Below, piece by piece: positions 10,420 through 21,376 of a stretch of DNA of 64,000 nucleotides. Source of the stretch: an uncultured Brevinematales bacterium (GTDB lineage Bacteria > Spirochaetota > Brevinematia > Brevinematales > CAZQBT01). Position 1 is the stretch's first letter. Every line of letters starts with the position of its first letter. The notes beneath the pieces are model-generated. The model did not search any database, was not told where the DNA came from, and saw only the letters and a program-made list of their open reading frames with translations. A program made the position numbers and the translations under genes. Where the stretch lies: NCBI GenBank assembly GCA_964591955.1, contig CAZQBT010000004.1:4988-68987 (forward strand). The letters run 5' to 3'.

Positions 10420-11060
10420 GAGACAACAACCTCCTTAATTTTCGCGAAGACCTCGTCGATAGCTTTGCTTCCATCAATGCGAATCAAAACGCCTTTATCT
10501 TCATAATATTTTATTGCATCGAGTGTCTGTTCTTTATAAACATCCAGACGCTTTTTAACGGTTTCGGGTTTATCATCATCACGAGTATATAAGTCCTCGC
10601 CCGTCTCATCACACTTGCCCTCTACTTTCGGAGGATTGAAGTATATATTATAAATCTTTCCGCTGTTTTTCGCCATTCTTCTGCCTGTTAATCTTTTAAA
10701 AAGATAATCCTCATCCACGTCAATCAGGATAACGTGGGTAAGAGGGTAGTTCTTGATGCTTTCATCAAGCGCTTCCGCCTGATTAAGGCTTCTGGGAAAC
10801 CCGTCAAGCAGATACCCTTCTTTGCAATCGGATTCTTTAATACGCTCAAGCACAAGTTTTATAACAATATCATCGGGAACAAGCTTTCCCGAATGGACAT
10901 AGCTTTTAACCTCGTCAGCAAGCGCGCCCGTCCCTTCGTTAATAGTAGCGCGCAAAATTTCCCCCGTTGAAATATGCGGAATATTTAAAAACTCACAGAG
11001 CTTTTCAGCCTGAGTTCCCTTCCCGCTTCCGGGAGGTCCTAAAAAAACTATATTCTTCAT
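10416..11060 (-). CDS. adk: adenylate kinase
   Basis: P-loop [12 protein letters not shown]. 4-nt overlap with infA. Confidence 0.95.
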   Translation of the reverse strand: MKNIVFLGPPGSGKGTQAEKLCEFLNIPHISTGEILRATINEGTGALADEVKSYVHSGKLVPDDIVIKLVLERIKESDCKEGYLLDGFPRSLNQAEALDESIKNYPLTHVILIDVDEDYLFKRLTGRRMAKNSGKIYNIYFNPPKVEGKCDETGEDLYTRDDDKPETVKKRLDVYKEQTLDAIKYYEDKGVLIRIDGSKAIDEVFAKIKEVVVS

Positions 11061-11075
11061 ACAAAAAACCCCTCG

Positions 11076-12449
11076 TTAAAGTTTAACGCTTTTCTTCTTA
11101 GTGAAGAAGCCGTCAACATGGTGCATCACAAGATGCGAGTCTAATTGCCGTAATGTATCAAGCGCAACACCGACCATAATAAGCAGCGATGTTCCGCCCA
11201 TCAGATACCCCAGCGATTGAGGGATACCCAGAGCGCTTATCACAAAATACGGTAAAAGCGCAATCGTCCCCAAAAACATAGCGCCGGGCAAAGTTATGCG
11301 ATGAAGCACAAATGATATGTATTCCTCCGTCTTTGAACCCGGTCGAATACCGGGAATAAACCCGCCCTGCTTACGGAGATTTTCCGCAATATCATGGGGA
11401 TTAAGCTCAATCTCCATATAAAAATAAGCAAAAAACAAAATCATTAAGAAATACACTACCGAATAAAGAGCCATACCGGGACGCATCCTGTCGGATACCC
11501 ATCGTAACCAATCCGCATCCGGGAACCACTGCGCCAACTGCGCGGGGAAAATCAAAATAGCCGATGCAAAAATAATCGGGATAACGCCTGTGGGGTTGAC
11601 TTTAAACGGCAAAAACGAAACCTGCGCTCCGTAATTGCCGCCAGCAACAAACCGCTTGGCGTATTGAACGGGTATTTTCCGTAACCCCTGCTCCTCAAAC
11701 GTAACAAGTCCTATAACGCCGATAAAAAGAGCAAGCACTAAAAACAAACTCATCGGGTCAAGGTCTATTCTAAACATCTGCACAATAGCCATAGGCATCT
11801 GTGCAACAATACCAATCATAATTAAAAGCGAAATACCGTTTCCAACCCCGCGTTCGGTAATCTGCTCGCCTATCCACATCATTATCAATGTTCCGGCGGT
11901 TACCGAAACAACAAAAATAATAAGGAAAGTCCAATCGGGGACAGTTAAAAACTTAGTTGCCGCCGCGCGATTGGAAACCACCAAATTCTGCCCGAAAATA
12001 AAACCCTGAACAAGCGTAACAAGGACAGTGCCGAGACGCCCGTATTGCTGGAATTTTTTTCTTCCCTCAGGTCCTTCTTTAAGCATCTTATCAATAGCGG
12101 GAACAACCGCCGTAAGCAGTTGCATAATAATCATAGCGGTAATATAAGGCATCACACCGAGAGAAAAAATAGAAACCCTCTCAAGTCCGCCGCCCGTAAA
12201 CAGGTTAATAAAATCCATCAAGTCGCTTCCTGTTCCGGGAGTTCCCGTAGTCCTGAAAAGAGAGCCTAAAATCTGCCAGAAACTTGTTGCCCCCTCGGGA
12301 AGCCCCTGGAATCCGGGAAGATTAACCAAATTCACACCCGGCACGGGAATCTGAACACCTATACGGCACAAAAGAAGCATACCTATAGTGAAAAGTGCCT
12401 TTTTTCTTATATCGGGTATTTTAAAAATATTGGCGACTGTCTTAAACAT
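11076..12449 (-). CDS. secY: preprotein translocase subunit SecY
   Basis: 457 aa, 10-TM pattern, conserved position between rplO and adk. Confidence 0.95.
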   Translation of the reverse strand: MFKTVANIFKIPDIRKKALFTIGMLLLCRIGVQIPVPGVNLVNLPGFQGLPEGATSFWQILGSLFRTTGTPGTGSDLMDFINLFTGGGLERVSIFSLGVMPYITAMIIMQLLTAVVPAIDKMLKEGPEGRKKFQQYGRLGTVLVTLVQGFIFGQNLVVSNRAAATKFLTVPDWTFLIIFVVSVTAGTLIMMWIGEQITERGVGNGISLLIMIGIVAQMPMAIVQMFRIDLDPMSLFLVLALFIGVIGLVTFEEQGLRKIPVQYAKRFVAGGNYGAQVSFLPFKVNPTGVIPIIFASAILIFPAQLAQWFPDADWLRWVSDRMRPGMALYSVVYFLMILFFAYFYMEIELNPHDIAENLRKQGGFIPGIRPGSKTEEYISFVLHRITLPGAMFLGTIALLPYFVISALGIPQSLGYLMGGTSLLIMVGVALDTLRQLDSHLVMHHVDGFFTKKKSVKL

Positions 12450-12465
12450 AAGAACCCCTATTGAT

Positions 12466-12909
12466 TTATGCTAATTTAACGCTACCGCCGGCGCTTTCAA
12501 CCTTTTGTTTTGCGGCATCGGAACATTTATTCACTTCAATTTTCAACCCTGTAACGGACAAGTCCCCGTTAGCCAACAACTTAACCGGAGCGCTATCTTT
12601 CTTTATAAGCCCTTTATCTTTTAACGATTTAATATCCACGGTATCGCCCTCTTTAAAGATATTGAGATTGGCGATATTTATGATATTAAAAAAGACTTTA
12701 TTAATATTCTTGAAGCCCTTTTTGGGAATTCGTCTGTAAAGAGGCATCTGCCCGCCTTCAAACCAAGGCATCAGAGTTCCTCCGCTTCGGGATTTCTGAC
12801 CCTTATTACCTCTTCCGCAGGTTTTACCTTTTCCGCTACCCGTTCCCCTTCCTACTCTTCGTCTTGACTTCGTGGAGTTGGCGACCGGTTTAATCTCTAT
12901 GTTACTCAT
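12466..12909 (-). CDS. rplO: 50S ribosomal protein L15
   Basis: RRRVGRGTGSGKGKTCGRGNKGQKSRSG. Confidence 0.95.
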   Translation of the reverse strand: MSNIEIKPVANSTKSRRRVGRGTGSGKGKTCGRGNKGQKSRSGGTLMPWFEGGQMPLYRRIPKKGFKNINKVFFNIINIANLNIFKEGDTVDIKSLKDKGLIKKDSAPVKLLANGDLSVTGLKIEVNKCSDAAKQKVESAGGSVKLA

Positions 12910-12926
12910 CTTTCCTCCCGTGAAGT

Positions 12927-13460
12927 TTACTTATTCAAAGTGCCGAAAACTTCGGCTATACTTTTTCCGCGTTTTTCAGCGATATGTTTAACATCCATAA
13001 GGCTTTCAAGCCCGTTCATCGTAGCCCTTACAAGATTAATCGGGTTAGAAGAACGTATCGACTTGGTAAGAACATCATGAATACCCACAAGTTCAAGAAC
13101 GGGACGGACACCGCCGCCCGCTATAACACCCGTTCCTTTTGATGCAGGTTTTATGATAATCTCACATCCCTTATATTTACCGAGAACGTTATGCGGTATA
13201 GTCGTGCCTTTAAGATGGATAGAGCGCGCGCTCCTGATAGCTTTATCTTTGGCTTTGCGGATAGCATCAACAAGTTCATTAGCCTTTCCAAGCCCCATAC
13301 CGACTTTACCTTTCTCATTACCGACAACGACAAGCGCGGTAAACCTGAAACGTTTACCTCCGCGTGTAACCTTGGCTACCCTGCGCAAACTTACTACACG
13401 TTCCTGCCATTCGCTATTTTGTTCTTTTTCTTTATCCTGAAATCTTTCTCCTCTTGCCAT
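12927..13460 (-). CDS. rpsE: 30S ribosomal protein S5
   Basis: RVAKVTRGGKRFRFTALVVVGN. Only 17 nt separate it from rplO, so there is no room for rpmD. Confidence 0.95.
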   Translation of the reverse strand: MARGERFQDKEKEQNSEWQERVVSLRRVAKVTRGGKRFRFTALVVVGNEKGKVGMGLGKANELVDAIRKAKDKAIRSARSIHLKGTTIPHNVLGKYKGCEIIIKPASKGTGVIAGGGVRPVLELVGIHDVLTKSIRSSNPINLVRATMNGLESLMDVKHIAEKRGKSIAEVFGTLNK

Positions 13461-13474
13461 TTCAAACTCCGATA

Positions 13475-13843
13475 TTAAAATTTCAATCCTGCTTCGCGGC
13501 AGGCGTCGGCTAATGCCTTAATCTTACCATGATACAAATATCCGTTTCTATCGAAAACAATGCCGTCGATTTTCTTTGCTTTCAGCTTTTTGGCTATATC
13601 TTTCCCGATAACCTTTGCTGCCTCTATGTTATTTGAAAGACCTTTATCCTTCAGGTCTTTGCTTACCGATGATGAAGTAGCTATAACTTTCCCAACAGTG
13701 TCATCAACAACCTGAACATAAAGATATTTGTTCGATTTAAAAACAACCATTCTCGGTCTTGTTGCCGATGTTTGAATATTTTTTTTGCTTCTTAAGCGTT
13801 TTTTAGAAAATCTTTTTCTCTTAACTTTCATAACATCTATCAT
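13475..13843 (-). CDS. rplR: 50S ribosomal protein L18
   Basis: RPRMVVFKSNKYLYVQVVDD...FDRNGYLYHGKIKALADACREAGLKF. Confidence 0.95.
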   Translation of the reverse strand: MIDVMKVKRKRFSKKRLRSKKNIQTSATRPRMVVFKSNKYLYVQVVDDTVGKVIATSSSVSKDLKDKGLSNNIEAAKVIGKDIAKKLKAKKIDGIVFDRNGYLYHGKIKALADACREAGLKF

Positions 13844-13863
13844 AATATAACTCCCATCAAAGA

Positions 13864-14403
13864 TTAAGCGCTGGATTTACCCGCTTTAAGTTTAACGACT
13901 TCATTAGAATAGCGAATGCCCTTGCCTTTATAAGGCTCCGGAGGTTTAATAAACCTGATATTCGCGGCAACCTGCCCGACCAACTGCTTATTATATCCGC
14001 TGACCGTCAACAAAACCGGACTTTCCAACGTAATAGTAACGCCGTCAGGCACGGGAAACTCAACGGGATGAGAATACCCTACGTTACAAACAAGGATATT
14101 TCCCTTTAATTCGCATTTATAACCGATACCCTGAATCTGCAGGGTTTTCTTAAAGCCTTCGGAAACACCGAAAATACAGTTTTTCATAAGACTCCAGTAA
14201 AGCCCCTGAAATGCGCGAAACTTATTCCCATCGGCTTTGCGATTAACAAAAACCTTGCCGTCCTCGACTTTGATTTCAACATAAGTAGGGATATAGTTCT
14301 CTTCGACTTTTCCTTTGGGTCCCTCTACGGTAAACGAGGTTTTACCGACCTCTACATTAACGCCCTGAGGTATAGCAATAAATTTTTTAGCTAATCTTGA
14401 CAT
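13864..14403 (-). CDS. rplF: 50S ribosomal protein L6
   Basis: Start moved to internal MSRLAKKFIAIPQGVNV. The longer track ORF would overlap rpsH. Confidence 0.9.
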   Translation of the reverse strand: MSRLAKKFIAIPQGVNVEVGKTSFTVEGPKGKVEENYIPTYVEIKVEDGKVFVNRKADGNKFRAFQGLYWSLMKNCIFGVSEGFKKTLQIQGIGYKCELKGNILVCNVGYSHPVEFPVPDGVTITLESPVLLTVSGYNKQLVGQVAANIRFIKPPEPYKGKGIRYSNEVVKLKAGKSSA

Positions 14404-14413
14404 AGCGACACTC

Positions 14414-14797
14414 CTACCAAATATAACACAAAACTTCCCCGCCGACACCGAGACTTCTCGCCTCTTTATCGGTGAGAACACCTTTTGAAGTGGATATTAT
14501 TGCAATCCCGTAGTTATTATAAACACTGGGGATTTTATCCTTGCCTACATAAAGCCTTCTGCTGAGTTTACTTACTCTTTTAAGTCCGTCAACAGCAGGC
14601 TTACCGTTATGATATTTTAAAGCCACGGTGTAACCGTATTTGCTCTTATCGCTTGACTTAAAGTCCTCTATATAGCCCTCGCGCTTCATAATCTCAAGGA
14701 TATCCTCCACGAGATTAGTCTTTTGAACGTCAACAAACGGATGCCCGCGCATAAGAGCATTCCTGATTTTAGTCAAAGCATTTCCAATAATATCCAT
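14414..14797 (-). CDS. rpsH: 30S ribosomal protein S8
   Basis: DIIGNALTKIRNA...ISTSKGVLTDKEAR. Confidence 0.95.
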   Translation of the reverse strand: MDIIGNALTKIRNALMRGHPFVDVQKTNLVEDILEIMKREGYIEDFKSSDKSKYGYTVALKYHNGKPAVDGLKRVSKLSRRLYVGKDKIPSVYNNYGIAIISTSKGVLTDKEARSLGVGGEVLCYIW

Positions 14798-14818
14798 TTC
14801 CTTACCTCTTCTTTAAAA

Positions 14819-15004
14819 TTACCAACTGGACTTGGTAACACCCGGAATATGACCCTCCGAGGCGTATTTTCTAAAACAAATCCTGCAAATACCGAAATCC
14901 CGCATATAACCGCGGGGTCTTCCGCATATATTGCATCTATTGTATTCGCGAACCTTAAATTTTTTATCTTTCTGCCATCGGGCTATTATAGATTTTTTAG
15001 CCAT
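14819..15004 (-). CDS. rpsN: 30S ribosomal protein S14, zinc-binding type Z (61 aa)
   Basis: [22 protein letters not shown] (CxxC...CxxC). Confidence 0.95.
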   Translation of the reverse strand: MAKKSIIARWQKDKKFKVREYNRCNICGRPRGYMRDFGICRICFRKYASEGHIPGVTKSSW

Positions 15005-15013
15005 CTAATCCTC

Positions 15014-15595
15014 CTACTTATCTCTAAAAGGCATTCCGAATGCACGTAACAAGGCAAAAGCCTCATCATCGCTTTTCGCCGTAGTAACAATAGTAATATC
15101 CATCCCGCGAACCTTCTTGATTTTATCATAATTAATTTCGGGGAAAATAATCTGTTCGCGGATACCAAAACTAAAATTACCCCTGCCGTCAAAACTTGCA
15201 CGGTTTATTCCTCGAAAGTCCCTTACACGGGGCAAGGCTATTGAAATCAGCTTATCGAGAAAATCATACATCTGAGAACCTCTCAGAGTAACCTTTACCC
15301 CGATAGGCATACCCTCACGCAACTTGAAGTTAGATACGGACTTTTTAGCATAAGTAAGCACGGGCTTCTGAGCGGAAATAATAGTCATCTCTTCAAGCGC
15401 GGAGTCAAGAACACCCTTATCCATAGTAGCCTCGCCCACACCCATATTGAGAACAATTTTCTCAAGACGGGGTATAGCCATAGAGGATTTGTATTTATAC
15501 TCATCATTAAGCTCTTTACGGATTTCCTTAACGTAAAGTTCCTTCAATCTGGGCATATAGCCTGATGTTTTGGATTTTGTCGCAGTCTTTGCCAT
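15014..15595 (-). CDS. rplE: 50S ribosomal protein L5
   Basis: PRLKELY...[12 protein letters not shown] at 15595 is preceded by GGAGAGG-N7; the track start at 15601 is a TTG. Confidence 0.9.
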   Translation of the reverse strand: MAKTATKSKTSGYMPRLKELYVKEIRKELNDEYKYKSSMAIPRLEKIVLNMGVGEATMDKGVLDSALEEMTIISAQKPVLTYAKKSVSNFKLREGMPIGVKVTLRGSQMYDFLDKLISIALPRVRDFRGINRASFDGRGNFSFGIREQIIFPEINYDKIKKVRGMDITIVTTAKSDDEAFALLRAFGMPFRDK

Positions 15596-15612
15596 TATCA
15601 ACCTCTCCGAAC

Positions 15613-15930
15613 TTAGTCAAAAATATAATCGACACCCTTGGCGACACGTTTTTTAGCGCCGTCTTTATCGACAGTAACACCTACCCTTACACCCTTCCCG
15701 CTTTTAGGGCAAAACATCATAACATTGGATATATGAATAGGCGATTCTATCTCTATAAATCCACCCTGAGGGTATTCTTTGGATTTTTTCATTGATTTCT
15801 TTATCATATTCACACCTTTAACATGGACAACGTTTTTCTTGGGAGAAACCGAAAGAACTTCCCCTTTTTTGCCTTTATCCCTGCCGGTGATAACAACAAC
15901 GGTATCGCCTTTTCTTATTTTTCTTTGCAT
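15613..15930 (-). CDS. rplX: 50S ribosomal protein L24
   Basis: [21 protein letters not shown]. Confidence 0.95.
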   Translation of the reverse strand: MQRKIRKGDTVVVITGRDKGKKGEVLSVSPKKNVVHVKGVNMIKKSMKKSKEYPQGGFIEIESPIHISNVMMFCPKSGKGVRVGVTVDKDGAKKRVAKGVDYIFD

Positions 15931-15957
15931 AGCAAACTCCTGTATAATCCCATTAAT

Positions 15958-16326
15958 CTAAAACACTTCGGGAGCGAGAGAAACTATTTTCATAAAGTTT
16001 TTTTCGCGAAGCTCTCTTCCGACAGGCCCGAAAATTCTGGTTCCGCGAGGCTCATTGTTTTTATCAACGAGGACTGCGGAATTTCTATCAAAACGGATAA
16101 CCGACCCGTCTTTTCTTCTCATACCTTTTCTGGTTCTAACAATAACCGCCTTAACCACCTCACCTTTTTTTATGGGAGAATTGGGTATAGCGCTCTTAAC
16201 CGAGGCGACAATAATATCGCCGATACGGGCATATCTGCGTTTGGAACTTCCCACAACGTGGATACACTCAATAATTTTAGCGCCGCTATTGTCGGCAACA
16301 TCAACACGGGTTCCAAGCATTATCAT
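15958..16326 (-). CDS. rplN: 50S ribosomal protein L14
   Basis: VADNSGAK...[10 protein letters not shown]. Confidence 0.95.
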   Translation of the reverse strand: MIMLGTRVDVADNSGAKIIECIHVVGSSKRRYARIGDIIVASVKSAIPNSPIKKGEVVKAVIVRTRKGMRRKDGSVIRFDRNSAVLVDKNNEPRGTRIFGPVGRELREKNFMKIVSLAPEVF

Positions 16327-16337
16327 AGCAGTCCTCC

Positions 16338-16592
16338 TTAGTCTTCCGTCTCTTGGACAACTTTAACAAGTTTCCAAGTTTTGTTCTTGCTAATCGGCTT
16401 GGATTCTTCAATCATAACCTTGTCGCCGACTTTGCACTCATTGTTTTCATCGTGAGCCATATATTTTTTACGAACCCTCACAAATTTACCATACATCGGG
16501 TGCTTTTTAAGATTTTCCACACCAACAACTATGGTTTTATCCATTTTATCGCTAACCACAGTTCCCGTAAATTTTTTACGCGTCTTTTCCAT
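16338..16592 (-). CDS. rpsQ: 30S ribosomal protein S17
   Basis: [16 protein letters not shown]...[13 protein letters not shown]. Confidence 0.95.
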   Translation of the reverse strand: MEKTRKKFTGTVVSDKMDKTIVVGVENLKKHPMYGKFVRVRKKYMAHDENNECKVGDKVMIEESKPISKNKTWKLVKVVQETED

Positions 16593-16593
16593 A

Positions 16594-16812
16594 TTATTTC
16601 CTCACCTGACTTATTCCCAATTCTCTTTCGCGAAGGATAGTATTTATTTTAGCGATAGCTTTCCTGACCTCGCGTCTTTCCATAACATTTTCAGGAGCTT
16701 CGATTTTAGCTTTAAAGCGAATTTCCATCTGTCTTTTGCTAAGGTCGGCTTTAAGCTTAGCCAACTCCGCATCCGACATCTCCCGCAACTCTTTGGTTTT
16801 CTTTACTGCCAT
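16594..16812 (-). CDS. rpmC: 50S ribosomal protein L29
   Basis: [18 protein letters not shown]; conserved position. Confidence 0.9.
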   Translation of the reverse strand: MAVKKTKELREMSDAELAKLKADLSKRQMEIRFKAKIEAPENVMERREVRKAIAKINTILRERELGISQVRK

Positions 16813-16833
16813 AATAATCTCCTCGCATCCATT

Positions 16834-17247
16834 CTAAACGTTAATAGGCTTAACAAACTTCACTTTAATAGGAAGTTTGTGGGAAGCGCGACGGAAAGCC
16901 TCGCGAGCCTTCTCCTCGGTTGTTCCCGCAACCTCAAAAAGAACGCGACCGGGTCTGACGGGAGCAACCCATCCCTCAGGCGCACCTTTACCCTTACCCA
17001 TTCTCACACCTTCGCCCTTTCGGGTATATACTTTATCGGGGAAAATTCGTATCCAAACCTTTGCCCCTCTTTTAAGATAACGGTTAATAGCAACACGAGC
17101 CGCTTCAATCTGACGGTCGGTTATCCATTTAGCTTCAAGCGCAATCATCCCGAACTCGCCGAAACTTACTTTTTCCGCTTTATGAGTAATCTTTTTATTA
17201 CTTCGACGTTGATGTCTTCTGTATTTTGTCTTCTTAGGCATTAACAT
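16834..17247 (-). CDS. rplP: 50S ribosomal protein L16
   Basis: [15 protein letters not shown]...[12 protein letters not shown]. Confidence 0.95.
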   Translation of the reverse strand: MLMPKKTKYRRHQRRSNKKITHKAEKVSFGEFGMIALEAKWITDRQIEAARVAINRYLKRGAKVWIRIFPDKVYTRKGEGVRMGKGKGAPEGWVAPVRPGRVLFEVAGTTEEKAREAFRRASHKLPIKVKFVKPINV

Positions 17248-17272
17248 TGCGGGTATCCTCCGATAAATTTAT

Positions 17273-17902
17273 CTATTTAAAAATCCAAACCTTTACGCCG
17301 ATAACACCCATTTCGGTATAACTTTCCGAAACGCAGTAATCTATATCCGCAACAAGAGTGCTTAGAGGGATTCTGCCTTCTTTAAACTCCTCGCTTCGGG
17401 CAATTTCATTACCGTTAAGCCTGCCGGAAATACGAACTTTAATACCCTTAGCGCCGGCTTTCATAGCATTACGAATAGCCTGCTTGATGGCGCGTTTGTA
17501 GGATATACGCCTCTCAATCTGGCGGGCTATATCCTGCCCAACAACGCTTGCATCAAGTTCGGCGTTCTTAATCTCCTTAACGGAAACCGAAACCCTAATA
17601 TCACGGTCGCCTTTCCCTTTAAGCATCTTGTCCAACTTCTTGGTGATATTTTCTATCTCAGCGCCCTTTCTCCCGATAATAATACCCGGTTTCGCACAGC
17701 TTACGGTTATGTTAATAAGCTGGGGAAATCTGGCAATTTCAATTTTCGATATAAATGCACGGGAATAATTCTTGTTTATGAATTTTCTAATATCAAAGTC
17801 TTCTTTAAGGTAGCGAACATAATCCTTTTCGCTGAACCAATTTGAAGACCATCCCTTAATAACTCCAATACGGAAACCTAACGGATTAACTTTTTGACCC
17901 AT
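17273..17902 (-). CDS. rpsC: 30S ribosomal protein S3
   Basis: [13 protein letters not shown]...[12 protein letters not shown] (KH domain). Confidence 0.95.
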   Translation of the reverse strand: MGQKVNPLGFRIGVIKGWSSNWFSEKDYVRYLKEDFDIRKFINKNYSRAFISKIEIARFPQLINITVSCAKPGIIIGRKGAEIENITKKLDKMLKGKGDRDIRVSVSVKEIKNAELDASVVGQDIARQIERRISYKRAIKQAIRNAMKAGAKGIKVRISGRLNGNEIARSEEFKEGRIPLSTLVADIDYCVSESYTEMGVIGVKVWIFK

Positions 17903-17923
17903 TCAAATCCTCTCTATGAAATT

Positions 17924-18292
17924 TTACTCTTTGCCGTCGGACAAAGCGCTCTCCAATTCCGGAGCGCCGATAATCACTGTAAGGTGCGATGATTGTTTGC
18001 GAAGTATATCCGCTCTTCCTCTTGCACGGGGCAAAAGACGCTTAAAAACAGGCGCTTGGTCAACATATATCGTCTTAATAACCAAACCGTCCGCGTTTTC
18101 TTCCGGGTGCAAAAACTTAAAATTGGATTTTGCGGAAAACAAAACCTTATACGTCATCTTTGCGCCCTTATTCGGGATAATATCCAAAACCGCAAGCGCA
18201 TCATCCACCTTCATACCTTTTATAGCCTTAATCACCTTTCTCAATTTAAGGTGAGAAATTCTCAAATATCTTCCTATTGCTCTCGCTTCCAT
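17924..18292 (-). CDS. rplV: 50S ribosomal protein L22
   Basis: Conserved position, RLLPRARGRADILRKQSSHLTV. Confidence 0.95.
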   Translation of the reverse strand: MEARAIGRYLRISHLKLRKVIKAIKGMKVDDALAVLDIIPNKGAKMTYKVLFSAKSNFKFLHPEENADGLVIKTIYVDQAPVFKRLLPRARGRADILRKQSSHLTVIIGAPELESALSDGKE

Positions 18293-18310
18293 AGCAAAAC
18301 CTCAACGATA

Positions 18311-18595
18311 TTATTTTTTACCCGCTTTCTTGGAACCGGCGTGGCTCCTGAAAATACGGGTTGGAGCAAACTCACCGAGCTTATGACCAACCATATTCTC
18401 ATTAACATAAACGGGGATGAATATTTTACCATTATATACCTGAATTGTCAAGCCAATCATCTCAGGAATTATTGTTGACCGACGCGACCAGGTCTTTATG
18501 ACCTTGCCCTCGGTTACCCCGGATTCCTGAATATCAACAATTTTCTTATAAAGTTTAGAGTCAACAAACGGACCTTTTTTAACAGACCTTGACAT
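18311..18595 (-). CDS. rpsS: 30S ribosomal protein S19
   Basis: [12 protein letters not shown]...[11 protein letters not shown]. Confidence 0.95.
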   Translation of the reverse strand: MSRSVKKGPFVDSKLYKKIVDIQESGVTEGKVIKTWSRRSTIIPEMIGLTIQVYNGKIFIPVYVNENMVGHKLGEFAPTRIFRSHAGSKKAGKK

Positions 18596-18610
18596 ATATA
18601 CACTCCGTTA

Positions 18611-19444
18611 TTATTTCTTTCTTTTAGCCAAAATATACTGGCTTGAAGATTTATCTTTCTTTCGCGTTTTGTAACCTTTAGCCGGAACACCCGACGGGCT
18701 AACGGGAGTTTTATAACCCTTCTGCTTACCCCTACCGCCGCCGTGGGGATGGTCATGGACGTTCATAGCAACACCTCTGACCTTAGGACGCATACCGCAA
18801 TTACGTTTTTTACCCGCACCGCCGTAAACAAGGTTGGAATGGTCGGCATTGCCGACTTCCCCAATCGTTGCAAAACATCTCTGCAAAACAAGACGAATTT
18901 CACCGGAGGGGAGACGCAAAACGGCGTATTTCCCTTCCTTACCGTCGAGCTTGGCAAAAGTTCCGGCGGAACGCGCAAGCTGACCGCCCTTTCCCGGTTT
19001 CAATTCAACATTGTGGATAATAGTTCCCACAGGTATTGATTTTATAGGAAGAGCGTTACCTACTTTATACTCGGCATTTTCGCCTGCCATAACGCGGTCA
19101 CCGACTTTAAGTCCGTTAGGCGCAAGTATATACGCTTTAACCCCGTCAACGTAATGAAGTAATGCAATACGCGCACTCCTATTGGGGTCATATTCTATCG
19201 CTACAACCTTTGCTTCAACATCATGCTTTTGGCGTTTAAAATCAATCTCGCGGTAAAGCCTCTTAGTGCCTCCGCCGCGATGACGAACCGTAATCCTTCC
19301 CTGACTGTTACGTCCGCTTCCCTTTCCTCTTTTTGTTCCGCCGATAAGAGTCTTTTCAGGTTCGGTTTTAGTTATTTCCGAAAAATCCGGGCTTACTCTA
19401 TGGCGAAGATTTGGGGTTATCGGTTTATATCTCTTTAATCCCAT
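18611..19444 (-). CDS. rplB: 50S ribosomal protein L2
   Basis: [13 protein letters not shown]...[16 protein letters not shown]. Confidence 0.95.
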   Translation of the reverse strand: MGLKRYKPITPNLRHRVSPDFSEITKTEPEKTLIGGTKRGKGSGRNSQGRITVRHRGGGTKRLYREIDFKRQKHDVEAKVVAIEYDPNRSARIALLHYVDGVKAYILAPNGLKVGDRVMAGENAEYKVGNALPIKSIPVGTIIHNVELKPGKGGQLARSAGTFAKLDGKEGKYAVLRLPSGEIRLVLQRCFATIGEVGNADHSNLVYGGAGKKRNCGMRPKVRGVAMNVHDHPHGGGRGKQKGYKTPVSPSGVPAKGYKTRKKDKSSSQYILAKRKK

Positions 19445-19460
19445 TACGAACCTCTCTCAT

Positions 19461-19739
19461 TTATTTATAGACATCAATCTCACCCTTTGAGAGGGTAATA
19501 ATTGCTTTTTTCCATTTCTTGGTATAGCCAAAATTCATTCTTAACCTTTTAGGTTTAGGCTTAACGTTTACTATATTGACCTTATCGACAGTAACCTTAT
19601 AAAGGGTTTCAATAGCCTTTTTAACCTGAATTTTATTGGCATTAGGCGCAATTTCAAAAGCATATTTTTTAACCTCTTTCATAGAACCAGCTTTTTCCGT
19701 AATAACGGGTCTTATTAATACATTAGCAACATCAATCAT
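19461..19739 (-). CDS. rplW: 50S ribosomal protein L23
   Basis: Conserved position and size; IRPVITEK; 4-nt overlap with rplD. Confidence 0.9.
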   Translation of the reverse strand: MIDVANVLIRPVITEKAGSMKEVKKYAFEIAPNANKIQVKKAIETLYKVTVDKVNIVNVKPKPKRLRMNFGYTKKWKKAIITLSKGEIDVYK

Positions 19740-20380
19740 TTCTTCTCTCCATTACTCAAAATCCGCACAAAACGCGCATCAAGTTCTTTTAACGCATCTT
19801 CCGTAATAATAATCTTTTTGGCATAAACAAGAGGAAGTATATCAATCGCGTCAACAAACATAAGCCAAACATTGGGAAGATTGCGGGATGCTATATACAT
19901 TTCTTTGTTATAATCCTTAATAACTACAGCGACCCTCTCGCTGGGATTATCTGTAAATTTAGACAAGGTTTTCAAGAACTCTTTGGTCTTCATAGCGTCA
20001 ATTTTGAAATTATCAACAACCTTGACCTTTCCAAGCTCATTCATCTTGGATAAGACATAAATATAAGCCTTTGACTTTTGTTTTTTGTTAATTTTCATAG
20101 AGAAATCGCGAGGTTTAGGTCCGAAAGTTACACCGCCGCCTTTCCATAAAGGAGAACGGTTACTACCTGCACGCGCCCTGCCGAGTCCCTTTTGCTTCCA
20201 TGGTTTAGCGCCACCGCCTCTAACCTCAGTTCGGGTTTTGGTATGCGCGGTTCCCTGACGCTCATTAGCAAGCCTCGACACAACAACCTGATGTAAAACC
20301 TTTTCGCTTGTATTTTCCCAAACTTTCGACAGCTTTAAATCTCTAAGTTTTGTGTTTCCGTCATAAATTTCAAATTTCAT
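19736..20380 (-). CDS. rplD: 50S ribosomal protein L4
   Basis: [35 protein letters not shown]. Confidence 0.95.
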   Translation of the reverse strand: MKFEIYDGNTKLRDLKLSKVWENTSEKVLHQVVVSRLANERQGTAHTKTRTEVRGGGAKPWKQKGLGRARAGSNRSPLWKGGGVTFGPKPRDFSMKINKKQKSKAYIYVLSKMNELGKVKVVDNFKIDAMKTKEFLKTLSKFTDNPSERVAVVIKDYNKEMYIASRNLPNVWLMFVDAIDILPLVYAKKIIITEDALKELDARFVRILSNGEKK

Positions 20381-20403
20381 AGTAAATATACCTCGTCGAT
20401 AAT

Positions 20404-21036
20404 TTAAGCCTTCACGGCATCTCTAACCATAACAATCCCGTTTTTGGAACCGGGAATAGCCCCTTTAACAAACAAGACTCGTCTGTCCATATCAACACGA
20501 ACAAGTTTTTGGCTAAGGGTTGTAACTTTAGTGTTTCCATAATGTCCGGGCATTTTTTTGCCTTTAAAAACCTTAGCGGGGGACGTGCATTGTCCGAGAG
20601 AACCGGGGCGTCTATGAGTCTTAGAGCCGTGAGTGGCAGGACCGCCGCTAAAACCCCATCTCTTCATAACACCGGCAAAACCGCGTCCTTTCATTATCCC
20701 GGAAACGTCCACCTTAACAATCGAATTCAAAGCCTCACCGAGCTTCTCATCATTCTCGTAAGATGAGACATCATCAGTCCGAATCTCGCGAATAATTTTG
20801 GGCTTTTCAAATTCTTTTACGGTTTCTTTTCCGTCTTTTATCTTAACGCGTCTAACGGTTTTAAAATCATAACCCAATATAACCGCCGAATACCCGTCTT
20901 TTTCAGGTGTTCTATGCCCGATAACTTTCATATCGGAGAAATCGACAACCGTAACCCCGATTAAAGCCTCGTTATGATATAACTGGGTCATACCGAGTTT
21001 TTTACCGATAATTCCAATTTTTTTAGCCTTCATCAC
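20404..21036 (-). CDS. rplC: 50S ribosomal protein L3
   Basis: [13 protein letters not shown]...[23 protein letters not shown]. Confidence 0.95.
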   Translation of the reverse strand: MMKAKKIGIIGKKLGMTQLYHNEALIGVTVVDFSDMKVIGHRTPEKDGYSAVILGYDFKTVRRVKIKDGKETVKEFEKPKIIREIRTDDVSSYENDEKLGEALNSIVKVDVSGIMKGRGFAGVMKRWGFSGGPATHGSKTHRRPGSLGQCTSPAKVFKGKKMPGHYGNTKVTTLSQKLVRVDMDRRVLFVKGAIPGSKNGIVMVRDAVKA

Positions 21037-21062
21037 AAAATCCTTCTCGCAAATTTAAAAAA

Positions 21063-21365
21063 CTATTGTTTAATCTCCACTTCCACACCGGCGGGAAGCT
21101 GAAGCTCCATAAGCGCGTTAACAAGTTCCGCAGTGGGTTCATAGATGTCGATGAGACGCTTATGAGTTCTCATCTCAAACTGCTCCCGCGCGTTCTTATT
21201 AACATGCACGGAGCGCAAAACCGTGTATTTTTTAATCCGTGTAGGCAGAGGGATAGGGCCTGCGACCCTACCCCCTTTGCTCTTTACGGATTCAACTATC
21301 TCTTTAGCCGATTTATCAATAAGGCTTGCATCATAAGCCTTAAGTCTTACTCTTATTCTGCTCAC
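21063..21365 (-). CDS. rpsJ: 30S ribosomal protein S10
   Basis: IRVRLKAYD...[17 protein letters not shown]. Confidence 0.95.
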   Translation of the reverse strand: MSRIRVRLKAYDASLIDKSAKEIVESVKSKGGRVAGPIPLPTRIKKYTVLRSVHVNKNAREQFEMRTHKRLIDIYEPTAELVNALMELQLPAGVEVEIKQ

Positions 21366-21376
21366 GATAAACCTCT

